From Octopus sinensis (lineage: Eukaryota): a stretch of 64,000 bases of DNA. Below the pieces are notes generated by a model. The model was not told the DNA's origin. It was given only the letters and a program-made list of their open reading frames with translations, and did no database searches. The stretch is taken from contig NC_043016.1 in the NCBI RefSeq assembly GCF_006345805.1, positions 9,672,001 to 9,736,000 on the forward strand, given 5' to 3'. Numbering within the stretch: position 1 is the first letter of the stretch; each line of letters starts with the position of its first letter. Made by a program: the position numbers and the translations under genes. This document shows, piece after piece, positions 25,105 through 38,032 of the stretch.

Positions 25105-25805
25105 TGGACTCATATGTGCTGCTTCTTTTAGTTTTCGTATTCTCTGTCTATTATTTTAACTTCACCCCTCAATATCTCCTCGTGTCACAGCTTTGCGATG
25201 TTCCTCTACCCTTATTTTGAGGGGGCGGCATGTTCCGCCATTGCATAACCTACCACAGCTGCATGGGATGGAGTACACGCAGTCTTTGGTCATATCCTCT
25301 TGGTGGTTTTACTCGAAGGAGATATTTTATAAAGTGTTGTATTACTTTTGAATACTGTCCTGATGTCATATGGGTCGCATATCTTTTGTATCTTTTCGGA
25401 GAGGCCTATCACATAGGGTAGACAGACTGTGGACAGTTTATCGGTTTCATCATCTCTTTTCTTCATAATTGGAGTGGAGAGTATGCTTTTGGGGTAGTTG
25501 TTGCTTAATAGATTGTTACTTAGCCTGATCATTTCTTCGTGGTGGGTATCACGATCGCTACTTATATTCATAACTCGATGTTTTAGGCATTGAGCAATCC
25601 CTGTCTTTACACTATATGGATGTTGGGAGTTGAAGTTAAGGCATCGTCCAGTGAAGGTCAGATTGTGGTATATGGATGTCCCGAATCCATACTTGGTGCA
25701 TGTTATTAATACGTCCAGGAATGCTAGCTGATTGTCTTTTTCTTTTTTCCATTGTGAACTGTATGGATAGTTTTATTGAGTTCACATGATTAAAAAGCAC
25801 TTGGA
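25105..25805 (-). mobile_element. Penelope-like element remnant: RT C-terminus plus GIY-YIG endonuclease
   Basis: QFTMEK/EKDNQLAFLDVLI..SIYHNLTFTGRCLNFNSQHP, CLPYVIGLSEKI, CVYSIPCSCGRLCNGGTCRPLKIRVEEHRKAV, VKIIDRE..RKLKEAAHM; frameshifts and deletions present. Confidence 0.9.
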
Positions 25806-25924
25806 CATCTTCCTGGTGGGGCCAGAGTATGAATCTGGCTTTAGGATCAACGCCAATAAAACCAACCCTATGCTGATGACACCTTTATACTCTTTACTTT
25901 TTACTTTCCTACAATATAATTAAT

Positions 25925-26339
25925 GGATCTTTTCGGTTTGAACGGCAGTTTTTTAAAAATAATTTCCACGTAACTAAACACTTTTAAACATCGTATACTG
26001 GTAGAATGGGTTTATAAAATATCTTTTTCTCTTGGATTTATTGAGAAAATTCTATAGTTTGTAAGATTTTGTTGTTTTTCTTCTTCAATTTCTGCAATTT
26101 CAACCAATCAATGACGTCTATTGAGGTGAAAACATTCTGTGCGTATGAATATGTCCCTCGTTTAAGAAACAGATTAGGTTTATTGACATTTCTGAAGAAA
26201 AAAAGATACTCTTCCTACACCCCTAACCCTAACCCTAAAACAGATTGAAATGCAATAGATCGATACTAGGGTCATAATTATGGGTGACAATTTCATATGA
26301 CACCGCTAGAAAAAACTGCCGTTCAAACCGAAAAGATCC
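25925..26339 (+). mobile_element. Merlin-like MITE, copy 3
   Basis: Perfect 30-bp TIR GGATCTTTTCGGTTTGAACGGCAGTTTTTT; TSD taattaat. Confidence 0.9.
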
Positions 26340-26893
26340 TAATTAATTACTGTATCCTATACACTGTGTCCTTGCATATTAGGTGAGTATTCCAGAAGTA
26401 TTTTCACCTTTTAAACAAAAACTGTCTAACACGTTCATATATGTTTTTTTCAATTGAAATACTGTGAACCGTTCTGGAAATTTATTGTTTTAATAACAAG
26501 TTTTAAAATATGGATCATCGAACGAGGGACGCACCACGAGAACGGTTGCACGAGGAACAGCAGCAGCAGCAGGAAATAAGGAATCAAATTCGCACGAGGT
26601 TGAGACAGCGAAGAAACGAAATAGGCCAAGAGGAGAGGGAGCGTATACAATGGCATAGGAGGAGGGAAAGAGGAAATCAGCCAAGGATAGAACAAAAAAT
26701 GAGCCAGGACCCAAGAGAAGTGTACTTTGGAAAATAAGAGAGATAGAGATCAATTGAATCGAGAACACATGAGTCAAGAGCAAAGACAGCTGTACTTAGA
26801 AAATATGAGTAACAGAGTTGGATCACTCTCGGCTTATCACAGCAAACCACAAAATCGCACCAACCAGTATCACCACCACCTCCAAGCCCATCA

Positions 26894-26940
<47 letters not shown>

Positions 26941-27165
26941 TATGTGTGTATTTGTGTCAGTGTTTGTCCCCTGCCCATCGTCATCATTGCTTGACAACCA
27001 TGTTGATGTGTTTGATTGCCTGTAACTTAGCTGTTCAGCAGAAGAGACTGATAGAATAAGCACCAGGCTTACAAGGAATGAGTCCAGGGATCAATTTCTC
27101 CGACTAAAGGGTGGTGCTCCAGCATGGTCACCATCAAATGACTGAAACAAGTAATTAAAAGAATA

Positions 27166-27487
27166 GGATCTTTTCCTTTTGAACGGCAGACAATTTCTAG
27201 TTAACTAAACACTTTAAAACTTCGTATACTGGTAGAATGTGTCAAAATAAAACATGGTTGTTTCACTTGGCTTTCTTGAGAAAATTGTAATTTGTAAGTT
27301 TAACGTGGTTTAATTTTTCTTTTGAGCTTGGATTTTCAGACGAAATATCTTACAAACTATAGAATTTTCTCAATAAAACCAAGAGAAAATGATGTTTTAT
27401 AAACACATTCTACCAGTATACGAAGTTTAAAACTTTTTAGTTACCTAGAAATTATGTTACAAACTGCCGTTCAAAAGGAAAAGATCC
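27166..27487. mobile_element. Merlin-like MITE, copy 4 (more symmetric subfamily)
   Basis: TIR ggatcttttccttttgaacggcag; TSD aaagaata; internal inverted cttcgtatactggtagaatgtgt. Confidence 0.85.
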
Positions 27488-27659
27488 AAAGAATATGAGA
27501 AAAACGTTCCGTACCACCAAACCAAAAAGATTCTTTGAGTCTGTACGATGTATTTTAAGGTTAAATAGTAATTCTGTTTACGTTTGCGTAACTGAGATAT
27601 TTTGGTTGGATCATATAGTTATCTTTTTTTAAACTTCTTTCTATATTTTGTAATTGCTA

Positions 27660-28068
27660 CAATATACTTTTCTACTATAGGCAAAAGTTCTGAAATTTTT
27701 GGTGGGGGAGGGGGGATTAGTCGATTAGATCGATCCCCAGTACGCAACTGGTACTAAATTTATCGACCCCGAAAGGATGAAAGGCGAAGTCGACCTCGGC
27801 GGAATCTGAATTCAGAACGTAAAGACAAACGAAATACCTATTTCTTTATTACCCACAAGGGGCTAAACACAGAGAGAACAAACAAGGATAGACAAACGGA
27901 TTAAATCGATTACATCGACCCCAGTGCGTAACTGGTACTTAATTTATCGACCCCGAAAGGATGAAAGGCAAAGTCGACCTCGGCGGAATTTGAACTCACA
28001 ACGTAACGCAGACGAAATACCGCAAAGCATTTCGCCCGGCGTGCTAACGGTTCTGCCAGCTCGCCGCC
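27660..28068 (-). mobile_element. Family-D SINE, dimeric
   Basis: One head, two bodies; the second body ends in the alternative cccccaccaaaaatttcag tail. Confidence 0.85.
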
Positions 28069-28395
28069 TTTAACTGTCACGATATAGAAACATTTCTCAT
28101 GGCACCAGCAAACAATTTACATTTTTTATACTTTCCGTGAACTTTTCACGGGTCCAGCTAGTTAATTATTATATATATATATATATGTATTTGGCTTAGA
28201 TTTCCCTTGGGGGCTGCCCAGATCGGAGCAATCTCAAGATTAATCAGCCGAAATTGCGAAGATGATCCGGTTCTTGACTGATGACTGAGAGCTTCGAAAG
28301 TCCCGTCCGTGTTTTTTGTGTCGTCTTCTAAATGTTTCACGTTCTTGTCCCAGTTTGTGTATTTTTTTACTTTTACACACACACACACACCACAC

Positions 28396-28436
<41 letters not shown>

Positions 28437-28440
28437 CATG

Positions 28441-28505
<65 letters not shown>

Positions 28506-28689
28506 ACTGTGTAAACATAGGAAGTGAATAACACACACACACACACCACACACACCACATGCTTTCTCACCCTGCCGCTTCTCTCTCACTCTCTCTTTTT
28601 CATACACGTCTCTTTAGCAGTTACTCTCTCTCTCTTTCTCTCTCTAACATATTCACCCTCACACACTCACATGTTGACAACACACCCCT

Positions 28690-28870
28690 GTAGCAACTAC
28701 TACTACTACTACTACTACTACTACAATAATAACTACTACAATTACCACCACCACCACCATCGCCACTGCTGCTGCTGCTACTACTACTACTACTACTACT
28801 ACTGCCACCAAAACCGCCGCTGCCACCACCACTGCGACCATCACCACCACCACCGCCGCCGTCGGTACTA

Positions 28871-28905
<35 letters not shown>

Positions 28906-28925
28906 ACTATTGCTACTGCTGCTGT
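28690..28925. repeat. Compound (CTA/CCA/CTG)n microsatellite; similar arrays at 49755-50015 and 60590-60875
   Basis: Seen directly. Confidence 0.95.
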
Positions 28926-29446
28926 TGATGTCATAGATCTTGTGTCTTGTGTCCAGAAGCAATTTAGAAAAGTAAAAAAAACCAAGAAACAAACAAAAAA
29001 AAAAAAAGAATGAAAACAACTAGAAAAAATTAAAAGAAAACTATAAAAAACAAATAAAAACACAACCAGCAACAACAACATCATCAACAACAATAACAGC
29101 AGCAAAAAGAAAGTACTGCAAGATAGTTGAGCACTTGTAACCTTTAAAGTTCAAATGTCCAGGGAAACACTTTCTGACATACCCACCCAAATACTGTCAA
29201 TGACACTAACCCCGCCTCCCTCCCTCCACTCCACACACATGCATATACACACACACCCATCTCCACTCGTGTGTAAAACGATCATATGGAGTTCGTGTGT
29301 GTGTGTATGCATTGGCATGCAAAGTGCAAACACAGGGGCTATCACCTTTCCTGCTCCTACACAATATTTCTTTTATCGTTTTGTGCCGTATTGGATAGTT
29401 CTTGTTTACTACGATCTTTTGGGTTCTTTAGAAGGTTTTGTTGTGC

Positions 29447-31280
29447 ATCGTCATCATCATCATCATCATCATCATCGTTTAACGTCCGTTTTTCCATGCT
29501 GGCATGGGTTGGGCAGTTTGACTGAGAACTAGCGAGCCAGAAGGCTGCACAACGCTCTAATCTGATCTGGCGAGGTTTCTACAGCTGGATGCCCTACCTA
29601 ACATCAACCACTCCAAGAATGTAGTGGATGATTTTTTATGTGCCACCGGCACGGGAGCCAGTCAGGCAGCACTGGCATTGGCTACATTTGGATGGTGTTT
29701 TTTACGTGCTACAAGCACAAGAACCAGTCTGGGGAGTGGGGTGGGCTGGCATCAGCCACGTTCGGATGGTGCCTTTTACATGCCACCAGCACAGGAAGCC
29801 AGTCAGGAGGCACTGGAAATGGCCCACACATGAATGGTGCTTATTGCATACCACCAGCATGGGAGCCAGTCAGGCGGCACTGGCATCGGCCACGTTTGGA
29901 TGGTGCTTTTTACATGCTACCAGCACAGGAACCAGTCTGGGGAGGAGGGCTGGTATCGACCATGTTTGGATGGTGCTTTTTATGTCAAGTGGCACTGGCA
30001 ATGACCCATGCATGAATATTGCTTATTGCATGCCACCAGCAGAGGAGCCAGTCTGGTGGCACTGGCATCAGTCACAACTACAATTTCCATTTGATTTCAA
30101 TGTGATTGAGATTCTGATTGTGGTTTTGAGTTTGATTTTTGGTTTTTCTTGACTCTGCAGGTCTTCTCAATCATGACGTGTTGCCTAACAATTCAAAGGT
30201 ACTTTTTTAAATGGGCTGGTTATGTGACACTGGTATAGGCTATGGCTGTGATCTCACTTTACTTGCTCTGTCTTCTCAATCTCAGCATATCTCCAGAGGT
30301 TTCGGTCTTTCATCATTGCCTCTGTGAGGCCCAACATTCAAAGGTCATGCTTTACCCCCTCATCCGATGTCTTCATGGGTCTCCCTCTTCCATGGGTTCC
30401 TTCCACTGTTAGGGAGTGAAACTTCTTCACACAGAACATGACCTTACCAGTACATAGAACATGACCATACCAGCACATTCATCTCTCTTGCTTACCAAAT
30501 CTGATGCTTCTTATGTCTAACATTTCTCTCAGGGCGCTTACACTCTGCCGTGTGTGCACACTGACATTACACATCTAGTGGATCATACTAGCTTAATTTC
30601 TTTCGAGCCTACATATGTTCTCAACAGTCATGGCTCATGTTTCTCTGCCATGTAGCATGGCAGTATGCACACACATGCATCATACAGTCTACCCTTCATT
30701 CTGAGCGAGAGGCCCTTTGTCACCAGTAGAGGTAGGAGCTTTCTGAACTTTGCCCAGGCTATTCTTATTCTAGTGGCGACATTCTCTGAGCATCCACCCC
30801 CACTACTGACTTGGTCACCTATCAACTACTTCTAGTTTCTCCCCCTGGCATGTGACAGAAGCTGTTTTCTGCACATTTTCAGTGTTTATTGCCCCTCTGC
30901 ATCTGTCACACACAAACTATCTTCCCAGTTAACCTTCTTTTGATATTGCTGCACCTTTTATGTGTCCATAGCTAATACTGGGTACATCTTAGAGAGGTTC
31001 TACCTACACCTTTTCTACAGATCAAGCAGGGCCATCTACCTGGAGGGGTTTGTGATTTGTTTGCCTTCCTACTTAGTAGGACTTTGGTTTTTGCAACATT
31101 CTAAGGCCCTTCAATTCTAAACCTTAGTTCCACACCTGAAATTTCTTCTCTAGTTCTGGTTGTGATTCAGCTATGAGACCAAGGTCATCAGCATAGAAGA
31201 GCTTGTCTTAGATAAATTGCTCAGTTCTCCAATTCTTGGATACAAAGGATGCTGTTTGAACACCTCTGTTGTATCATGAC
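29447..31280 (-). mobile_element. 5'-truncated RTE LINE (RT with YADD, Cys-rich insert, thumb, 3' UTR array, (ATG)n tail)
   Basis: KLFYADDLGLIAES (YADD at 31184-31195), WPCLICRKGVG...WTHKRCSNI, GDQVSSGGGCSENVATRIRIAWAKFRKLLPLL. Confidence 0.9.
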
Positions 31281-31288
31281 TATGACAC

Positions 31289-31751
31289 CAGGGCCAGATT
31301 AAGACCCATAGAGGCCCTAAGCTCTTAAAAGGTTTTGGTGCCCTCGGCTATATATAAATAGTTCAAAATGTAAATAAAAATAATTCAAAATATAAACAAT
31401 AATAAACCATAAAATTAATTTTTATTTTTCAAAACGAAACAAAATTCACAGTAAGATGGAAAATGATGTTTATTTTTGTATGCTTCCATTTTATTTATAT
31501 TTGAAAAGGTTCCTCCTTGTTTTTATTTTTTTTTTGTTAATTGCGAAGGGTTCAATGACATCGTTAAAATTAATTTTACATAAAACTTCTGCTTCTATAC
31601 TTAGTAAAGATAAGACATTATGAATATTATTTTAGCAAGTTTAAAGTGATTTCTTTTGTGCTGTAAGTCATTTACCATTTCTGTGGTGCCCCCTCCTTCC
31701 CTTGATGCCCTAAGCATGTGCTTATTTTGCTTAATGGTTAATCCAGCATTG
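31289..31751. mobile_element. hAT (Tip100-like) MITE inserted in the RTE copy
   Basis: Ends cagggccagattaa / ttaatccagcattg; 8-bp TSD tatgacac/catgacac. Confidence 0.75.
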
Positions 31752-32011
31752 CATGACACTCTCACAGTGCAGCATAACCAATTCTGAAAGAAGGGAGAGA
31801 GAGAGAGAGAGAGGGGGGGTGAGAAGGAGAAAGAAGAATTGATGCAGTGTTTGACAGGATTTCATCCATTGACCCTATCTCTCCAACCGATTCCTGTCCC
31901 TGAGAGATGTATGGCAAATTTGCCTTTGGTGGAATTTGAATTCAAAATGCAAACACCCCAAAATTAAGTATCTGTTACTTAAAACTAACTGATCAGCAAA
32001 GACTGATTTGA

Positions 32012-33490
32012 CCCTTTAGTATTTAAACTGACCATATCCAGTCCAAACATTCAACCTGTTTTATGCAAAATTGGCTAGATCCTACCTCTCAGACCTACCC
32101 AGCAATGTCATTCTAAAAATATACAATCACATCATCAAAATATCAAAGCTCTGAGATAATTCCTGATTAATTCAAAACAATGTAAATAAATAAGCATTAC
32201 ATTTGACAGAGTAATGATGATCATGATGATCATCATCATCATGATCATCATCATTGTTTAACATCCATCTTCCATACTAGCAGGAGTGGGATGGTTCCAC
32301 AAGAGCCAGCCAGGTTGAAGCCTGCATCAGACTTCTGTGACTGTTTTGACAGAATTTTTACAGCTGGATGCCCTTCCTAACACCAACCACTCGGTAGAGT
32401 GGACTTAGTGTTTTTTATGTAGCACAAGCACAGTTTTGGCAAGATTTTTACAACTGGATGCCCTTCCAAATGCCAACCACTTTATAGTGTGGACTGGATG
32501 CTTTTTAAGTGGCACCTGCACTGACAGGGTCACCAAGTACCTTGCAAGACAAAGAAAAAAAAAACTTTCAAGAAGATAATAAGCATTGGAGTATGTGATC
32601 TTGTATTAGATGATGAAAGGTTATAGTGAGACTGAGAAAGAGAAACAGGTGTCTTGCTGCAGAGGAGGTACAAGCTGGAGAGAGAGAGGGAAAGATCTAG
32701 ATTGAAGACAGAAAGAGGTGTGCTACAACAAAGAAAATACAGGGTTACCTAACCTGAGGGAAGTGCAGGAGAAGAAGAGAGAAAGTGGGAGACTGCAGGA
32801 TAGAGATGGTGGCAAAATGCCAGGGCATACTCACAAGGAACAGGGATCAGAATATAAAGGGGATGGTTGAGTAAAGGAAGAGATAGATATAGATGATGGC
32901 AAGTGCCAGGGAATACCCTTGAGGATCAAAATGCCATAACATATGTAACAGGATATTGTGAAGGGAGTGTGATTAAAGAGTGTGGACATGGGGAGTGAGT
33001 GGCAAAAGACCAGGGTATGTATAGTATTGGGGTGGGGGCTACTAATCCCCTGATTTATTTCAAAACTGTATACATCTAATGTACACTTTAACCCTTTAGC
33101 ACTTGAAACAGTCATATCCAACCCAAACATTCTACTTGTTTTATTATCTTCAAACTGGCCGGATCTGGCCTTTCACACCTAGCCTACAATTTCATCATAA
33201 AAACACAGAATCATATATTTGAAATCTCAAAAACAATGTAAATTAATAAGCTTTATATTTGACAGAGAAATCTGAATGCTGAAGAATTAAACAACATTGA
33301 ATGTTTGTTGCACATTTTACTCTGTCAAATCTAATCCTTATCTATTCACATTGTTTTGAATTAATTATGCATTATTTCATAGCTTTGAAATTTTAATGAT
33401 GTAATCAGATTGGAGCCTGGTGCAGCCTCCTGGCTTCCCAGATCCCAGTTGAACCATCCAACCCATGCTAGCATGGAAAACGGACGTTAA

Positions 33491-33532
<42 letters not shown>

Positions 33533-33617
33533 TGAGATGACAAAGCCAGCCAGTTTTGACAGGAAATATGTAGAAGATTTGGGCCAGATATGACTGGTTT
33601 AAGTGCTAAAGGTTTAA
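32012..33617. mobile_element. Three degenerate piggyBac-like MITE copies (32012-32215, 33092-33286, ~33317-33617) interleaved with RTE-type tails
   Basis: ttaaCCCTTTAGCA...TGCTAAAGGGttaa family; a further copy at ~40410-40619. Confidence 0.7.
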
Positions 33618-35577
33618 AGTGTGCATCTCATGTGCAGTCTTGGAAAAAAACCATGAGGTTGTTATTTCTGCATTAACCCTTTAGCATCATATAATAATTC
33701 TGCTTGTCATTTTGTTACTTAGCCCGTCAGTAATGCTTCACATGATTAGAGAAAAAGAGGGAGAGAGAAAAAGGGGGAGAGAGAAGCGTTCATGACATTG
33801 AGGCAGAGGGAATGTAATTGTAATGCTTTCATGTCATTAGTAGAAGGGAAAGGGAGAGAAAGAAAAAGAGGATAAGGCAAAGAGACAGAAAGAGGGAGAA
33901 AGAAAGAGAGAGAGAGAAATTTAGAGAGAGAGAGAAAAGTGTCTATGATGTGAGGTAGGGGAAACGTAATAATTGTGATGTTCTGATGGTAAGGTTAAAG
34001 AAAGGCAGAGAGAGGGAGGGGAGAGAGAGAGAGATGAAGGTGGTGGTGGTGGTGGTGATTGAATAGTGAAAAGTGTATTTATTTTTTAATTGAACTAAGT
34101 TTTTCTACACCACCTATCACTTTAGACATGCACATAAGTGCATAAGTGCAAGTCTGTGAAATATTTATGCTTATTTACGTGGCAGATATGTGCAATTCAA
34201 CTAAAAGTTGTATCATAAATATGAGTTTTTTGTTTATGGGGAAAATGGAAAAATAAGAGTGAATATTTATTTTATGAGTGCTGTGTATTAAGTCTCTAAA
34301 ATTGTGCATAAAGTATAATAAAGTGCATATATAAAATGCATTAAATTATCATCGTATTCCAGAGTAGCAGATGAGCCACTATCTTTCCATACAGACACAA
34401 CACAGGCTTCACTTTCAGGCTTTTTGGATAAAGTTTTCAGAAATAACCCAAAAGCTTTACCATTAATTCTGTGAAATATTCACAGGTCCCGCTAGTTCAG
34501 ATAATTTTGTCAAATTTGATGCTTATTTTTTCATATAGTTTTGAATAAATCATGCATTATCTCAAAGCTTTGAGATTTTGATGATGTGATTTCTGTATTA
34601 ATCCTTTAGCTTTCAGATTCCCTTTGGTGGAATTGTTATCCATCTATTTGTGATTTGTTTAGTGTAGCCATCCTCTTTATCTTGTGCATAGATACACACT
34701 GCTGCATATTACAAAGTTGAAGGAAAATTTCTTAATCAGTGCCAGCCAAGCCTCCAAAAAATCAGACATAATTTGTTATGTCACTGTTGGAGCTCAACTC
34801 CACCATGTGGACAATATTGAAGGAAGAAACACTCTAAAACTGAATAACTATTCATAGACTGTTCGAACATTTATTCTGTTCACATTTTACAATATGCAGT
34901 AACAGAAACAAGTGTTACATGTTATTTATACGGTATACACCTTCTTCTGGATTTGTGACCTTATAATGAGTAGCTCAAACATTTCTTTTGTTCACTTAGG
35001 GCACTGTCATACCATACCTCTGAATGCTATATATTTCTATGCTGTCAAGCAAACCTTGATTTAATGCCATCATCATTTCCTCTTATAATAAATTACAATG
35101 TTCTATTAAGCCTTCTGAACGTTGTGTTTTATTTGCATTACAAGGTGTTATAAAAAGTCAGTTGTTATTTTAGTACCTATTCACTAAAAATTGATGAAGC
35201 CAATGCTGACTGAACTCTCTGAAATATGATGCTTATTTATTCACATTTGAATTAATCATGCATTATCTCATAGCTTTGAAATTTTGATGATGTGGATTAG
35301 TTAGCTGTGGAAAGACATTGCTGGGTAGGGCTGAAATTACTAAATACTTTAAACTGCCTGAATATCCCTGGGTCAGAGAAATATCTAAGTGCAGAAATTG
35401 CCAAGAGAGTCAGCTGTGCAAGGATTCCAAAGCTTTGGTGAGGCTCCATGTCATTTGCAGTTTTGATGGATGGTCATTGGACCACTTGTTGAAGTTCACC
35501 TGATTACGTATATTACGCCATGATAAACCGTTAGCGCCTACACGCATTTTTTTCTCTCCTTGTTTCTTTTCTGTGTA

Positions 35578-35615
35578 TCTTTCTGTCGAAGAGCGTAGGC
35601 TCGAAACGTAAAAGA
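35578..35615 (+). ncRNA. Minimal type-I hammerhead motif (A6U variant) in a pLTR-like repeat (35530-35710)
   Basis: TCTTT-CTGTCGA-A-GAGC-GTAG-GCTC-GAA-ACGT-A-AAAGA. Confidence 0.6.
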
Positions 35616-35852
35616 CTTTTTCTATTTTTATTCCTGAGCGCTATACTAATACATTTGTTTGTTTGTACTCCACCTGCCTTCGTCTTTTGTTTATTTTCGT
35701 AAACTTTCCCCATTAGGTATATTAGTCAGGTGTGATTATCATGAAAGGACACTTGTCTCTTTTGCGGAACCACAAAGTTACAGGGATGTAAACAAACTAA
35801 CACTGGTTGTCAAGTGGTGTAATGTAGAACAAACACAGAAACACACATACAG

Positions 35853-35885
<33 letters not shown>

Positions 35886-35889
35886 TGAA

Positions 35890-36270
35890 TATATGATGTC
35901 GAGCCTAGTGAAATCATAGTCGTGGCCGATACCAGTGCCGTCTAACTGGCACCCAAGCCAGTGGCATGTAAAAGGCATTGTTGGGCTTCATGGAGGCAGT
36001 GACAAGTGACCAAGACCTTTGTCAATATACTGTACTAGTGTAGACTTGTCAAGCCAAGTGAGACCATAGTTATGGCTAATGTCAGATCATTGGCACCTGT
36101 AAAAAATACCCTCTACACTCTTGGAGTGGTTGGTATTAAGAAGGGCATCAAGCTGTAGAAACCCTGCCAGGTCAGATTGGATCCTGGTGCAGCACCCTGG
36201 CTCACCAGTTTTTCTGTCAAACTGTCCAACCTCTGCCCGTGTGGAAAGCAGACATTAAATGATGATGATG
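35890..36270 (+). mobile_element. RTE 3' UTR fragment inside a T1 SINE (35745-36415, minus)
   Basis: ggagtggttggtattaagaagggcatcaagctgtagaaac...(ATG)n. Confidence 0.7.
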
Positions 36271-36428
36271 GTGGGCTTCCTTCAGTTTCCATCCACCAAA
36301 TCAACTCACAAAATTTTGGTCAGTATCCTTATACAAGGTGTCATGCAGAGAAATGGAACACAGAACCACATGTTTGGGAAGCTAACTTCTTCCTACACAG
36401 CCATGCCTGTACCTATAAAATTCTGAGG

Positions 36429-36465
<37 letters not shown>

Positions 36466-36473
36466 TTATATAT

Positions 36474-36517
<44 letters not shown>

Positions 36518-36522
36518 ATGCA

Positions 36523-36558
<36 letters not shown>

Positions 36559-36703
36559 CATATATATATATATATGTACACACACATATATATATATATA
36601 TATCGCCATATATATATATATATATAGATCGCCATGTTGATTCGTTAGCTACTGCACGCATTTTTTTTCTCTCCTTCTTTCTGTGTTTTTCTCTCTCTGT
36701 GTA

Positions 36704-36741
36704 TCTTTCTGTTGAAGAGCGTAGGCTCGAAACGTTAAAGA
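36704..36741 (+). ncRNA. Minimal hammerhead motif (A6U) in a pLTR-like repeat (36627-36840) flanked by (TA)n
   Basis: TCTTT-CTGTTGA-A-GAGC-GTAG-GCTC-GAA-ACGT-T-AAAGA. Confidence 0.6.
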
Positions 36742-36838
36742 CTTGTTTTATTTATATTTCCTGAGCGCCATACTAATACAATTGTTCGTTTGTCTTCCAC
36801 CTGCCTTCGTCTTTTGTTTATTTTCATAAAGCTTCCCG

Positions 36839-36880
<42 letters not shown>

Positions 36881-37520
36881 ATATATATGTATATATATAA
36901 AACCTTTATCTATATAACCTGCTAATGCATATGTATTGTTGAAAAGCCGGAAGCTGCAGTTTTAGTCGTGTTTATACTGCAATTTTTACCTATCAGTTTT
37001 GTTGTTTTTTTTTTTTACTTTGGAAATTAAAAGATAGAATATCTTAATGGAAAAATGTTAATTTAAAATTAATTTAAAAATAATATCCATATAAAATCTT
37101 TATTTGTATAACATACTTAATGCAATACATATTGTTAAAAAGCCGGAAGCTGCAGTTTTCCTCTGAATAGAAACTGCTTTATAGATATATCATGCTAAAG
37201 ATCCACAATATATCTTACAATATGGAAGAAATCTGCAGCTTCCAGCTTTTCAGTGATGCAAATATGTTATATATATATTATAAAGATAAAGATTTTACTC
37301 TAGAGCTGCATCTAATGCATAGTTTGTGAGTGTGGAAGTGCCTGTATATATATTTTAAGAAAAAATTTTCTTAAATTGAAAATTTTACAAGGAAAAAATA
37401 TAAAAACAGACAGTACCAATGTTTTGAAAGGGTGTTTCTGTATTGTGTAAGAGATTCTACTCTTTATAACTTTTCAAACACGTATGTTATGGAGTTATTT
37501 GTATAGAGAAATTTTATATA

Positions 37521-37918
37521 TCTTTATATATAAAAGTAAGGTTGTGTGTCTGTCTCCTACGATTTAGATTCCTAACTACTCCCACATTTTGCGGTGCGGT
37601 TTAATCAAAACCGGGTATCTTATAGTCGTGATTCATATCGAGCCCTTCTGTGTATTAGCGCGCGTCTACGATGAGTCTACGATTTAAAAAAAAATTTACC
37701 ATCATTTTTTTCCATTTTAATGCATTTTTCGCTATTATATAAGGGAAGTAATTCTCTAAAAATGTCTATGATGAGTCAACGATTTAAAAAAAAAAATTTA
37801 CCATCATTTATTTCCATTTTTAATGCATGCTTTTGCTATTTTTTGGCTATAACTCTCTAAAAATGCTTATATAGTTATTTCCCTTACAAACCCGAGCAAC
37901 GCCGGGCGATACTGCTAG
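37521..37918 (+). mobile_element. Non-autonomous Helitron-like element (short subfamily)
   Basis: A|TC...CTAG|T termini; subterminal hairpin CCCGAGCAACGCCGGG 8 nt before CTAG; no TSD. Confidence 0.9.
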
Positions 37919-38032
37919 TATATATATATATTATATATATATATATATATATGCATAAATCTGTCTGTCTGTCTATCTATCATGTATAATGTATATATAT
38001 ATATATATATTATATATATATATATATATAAG

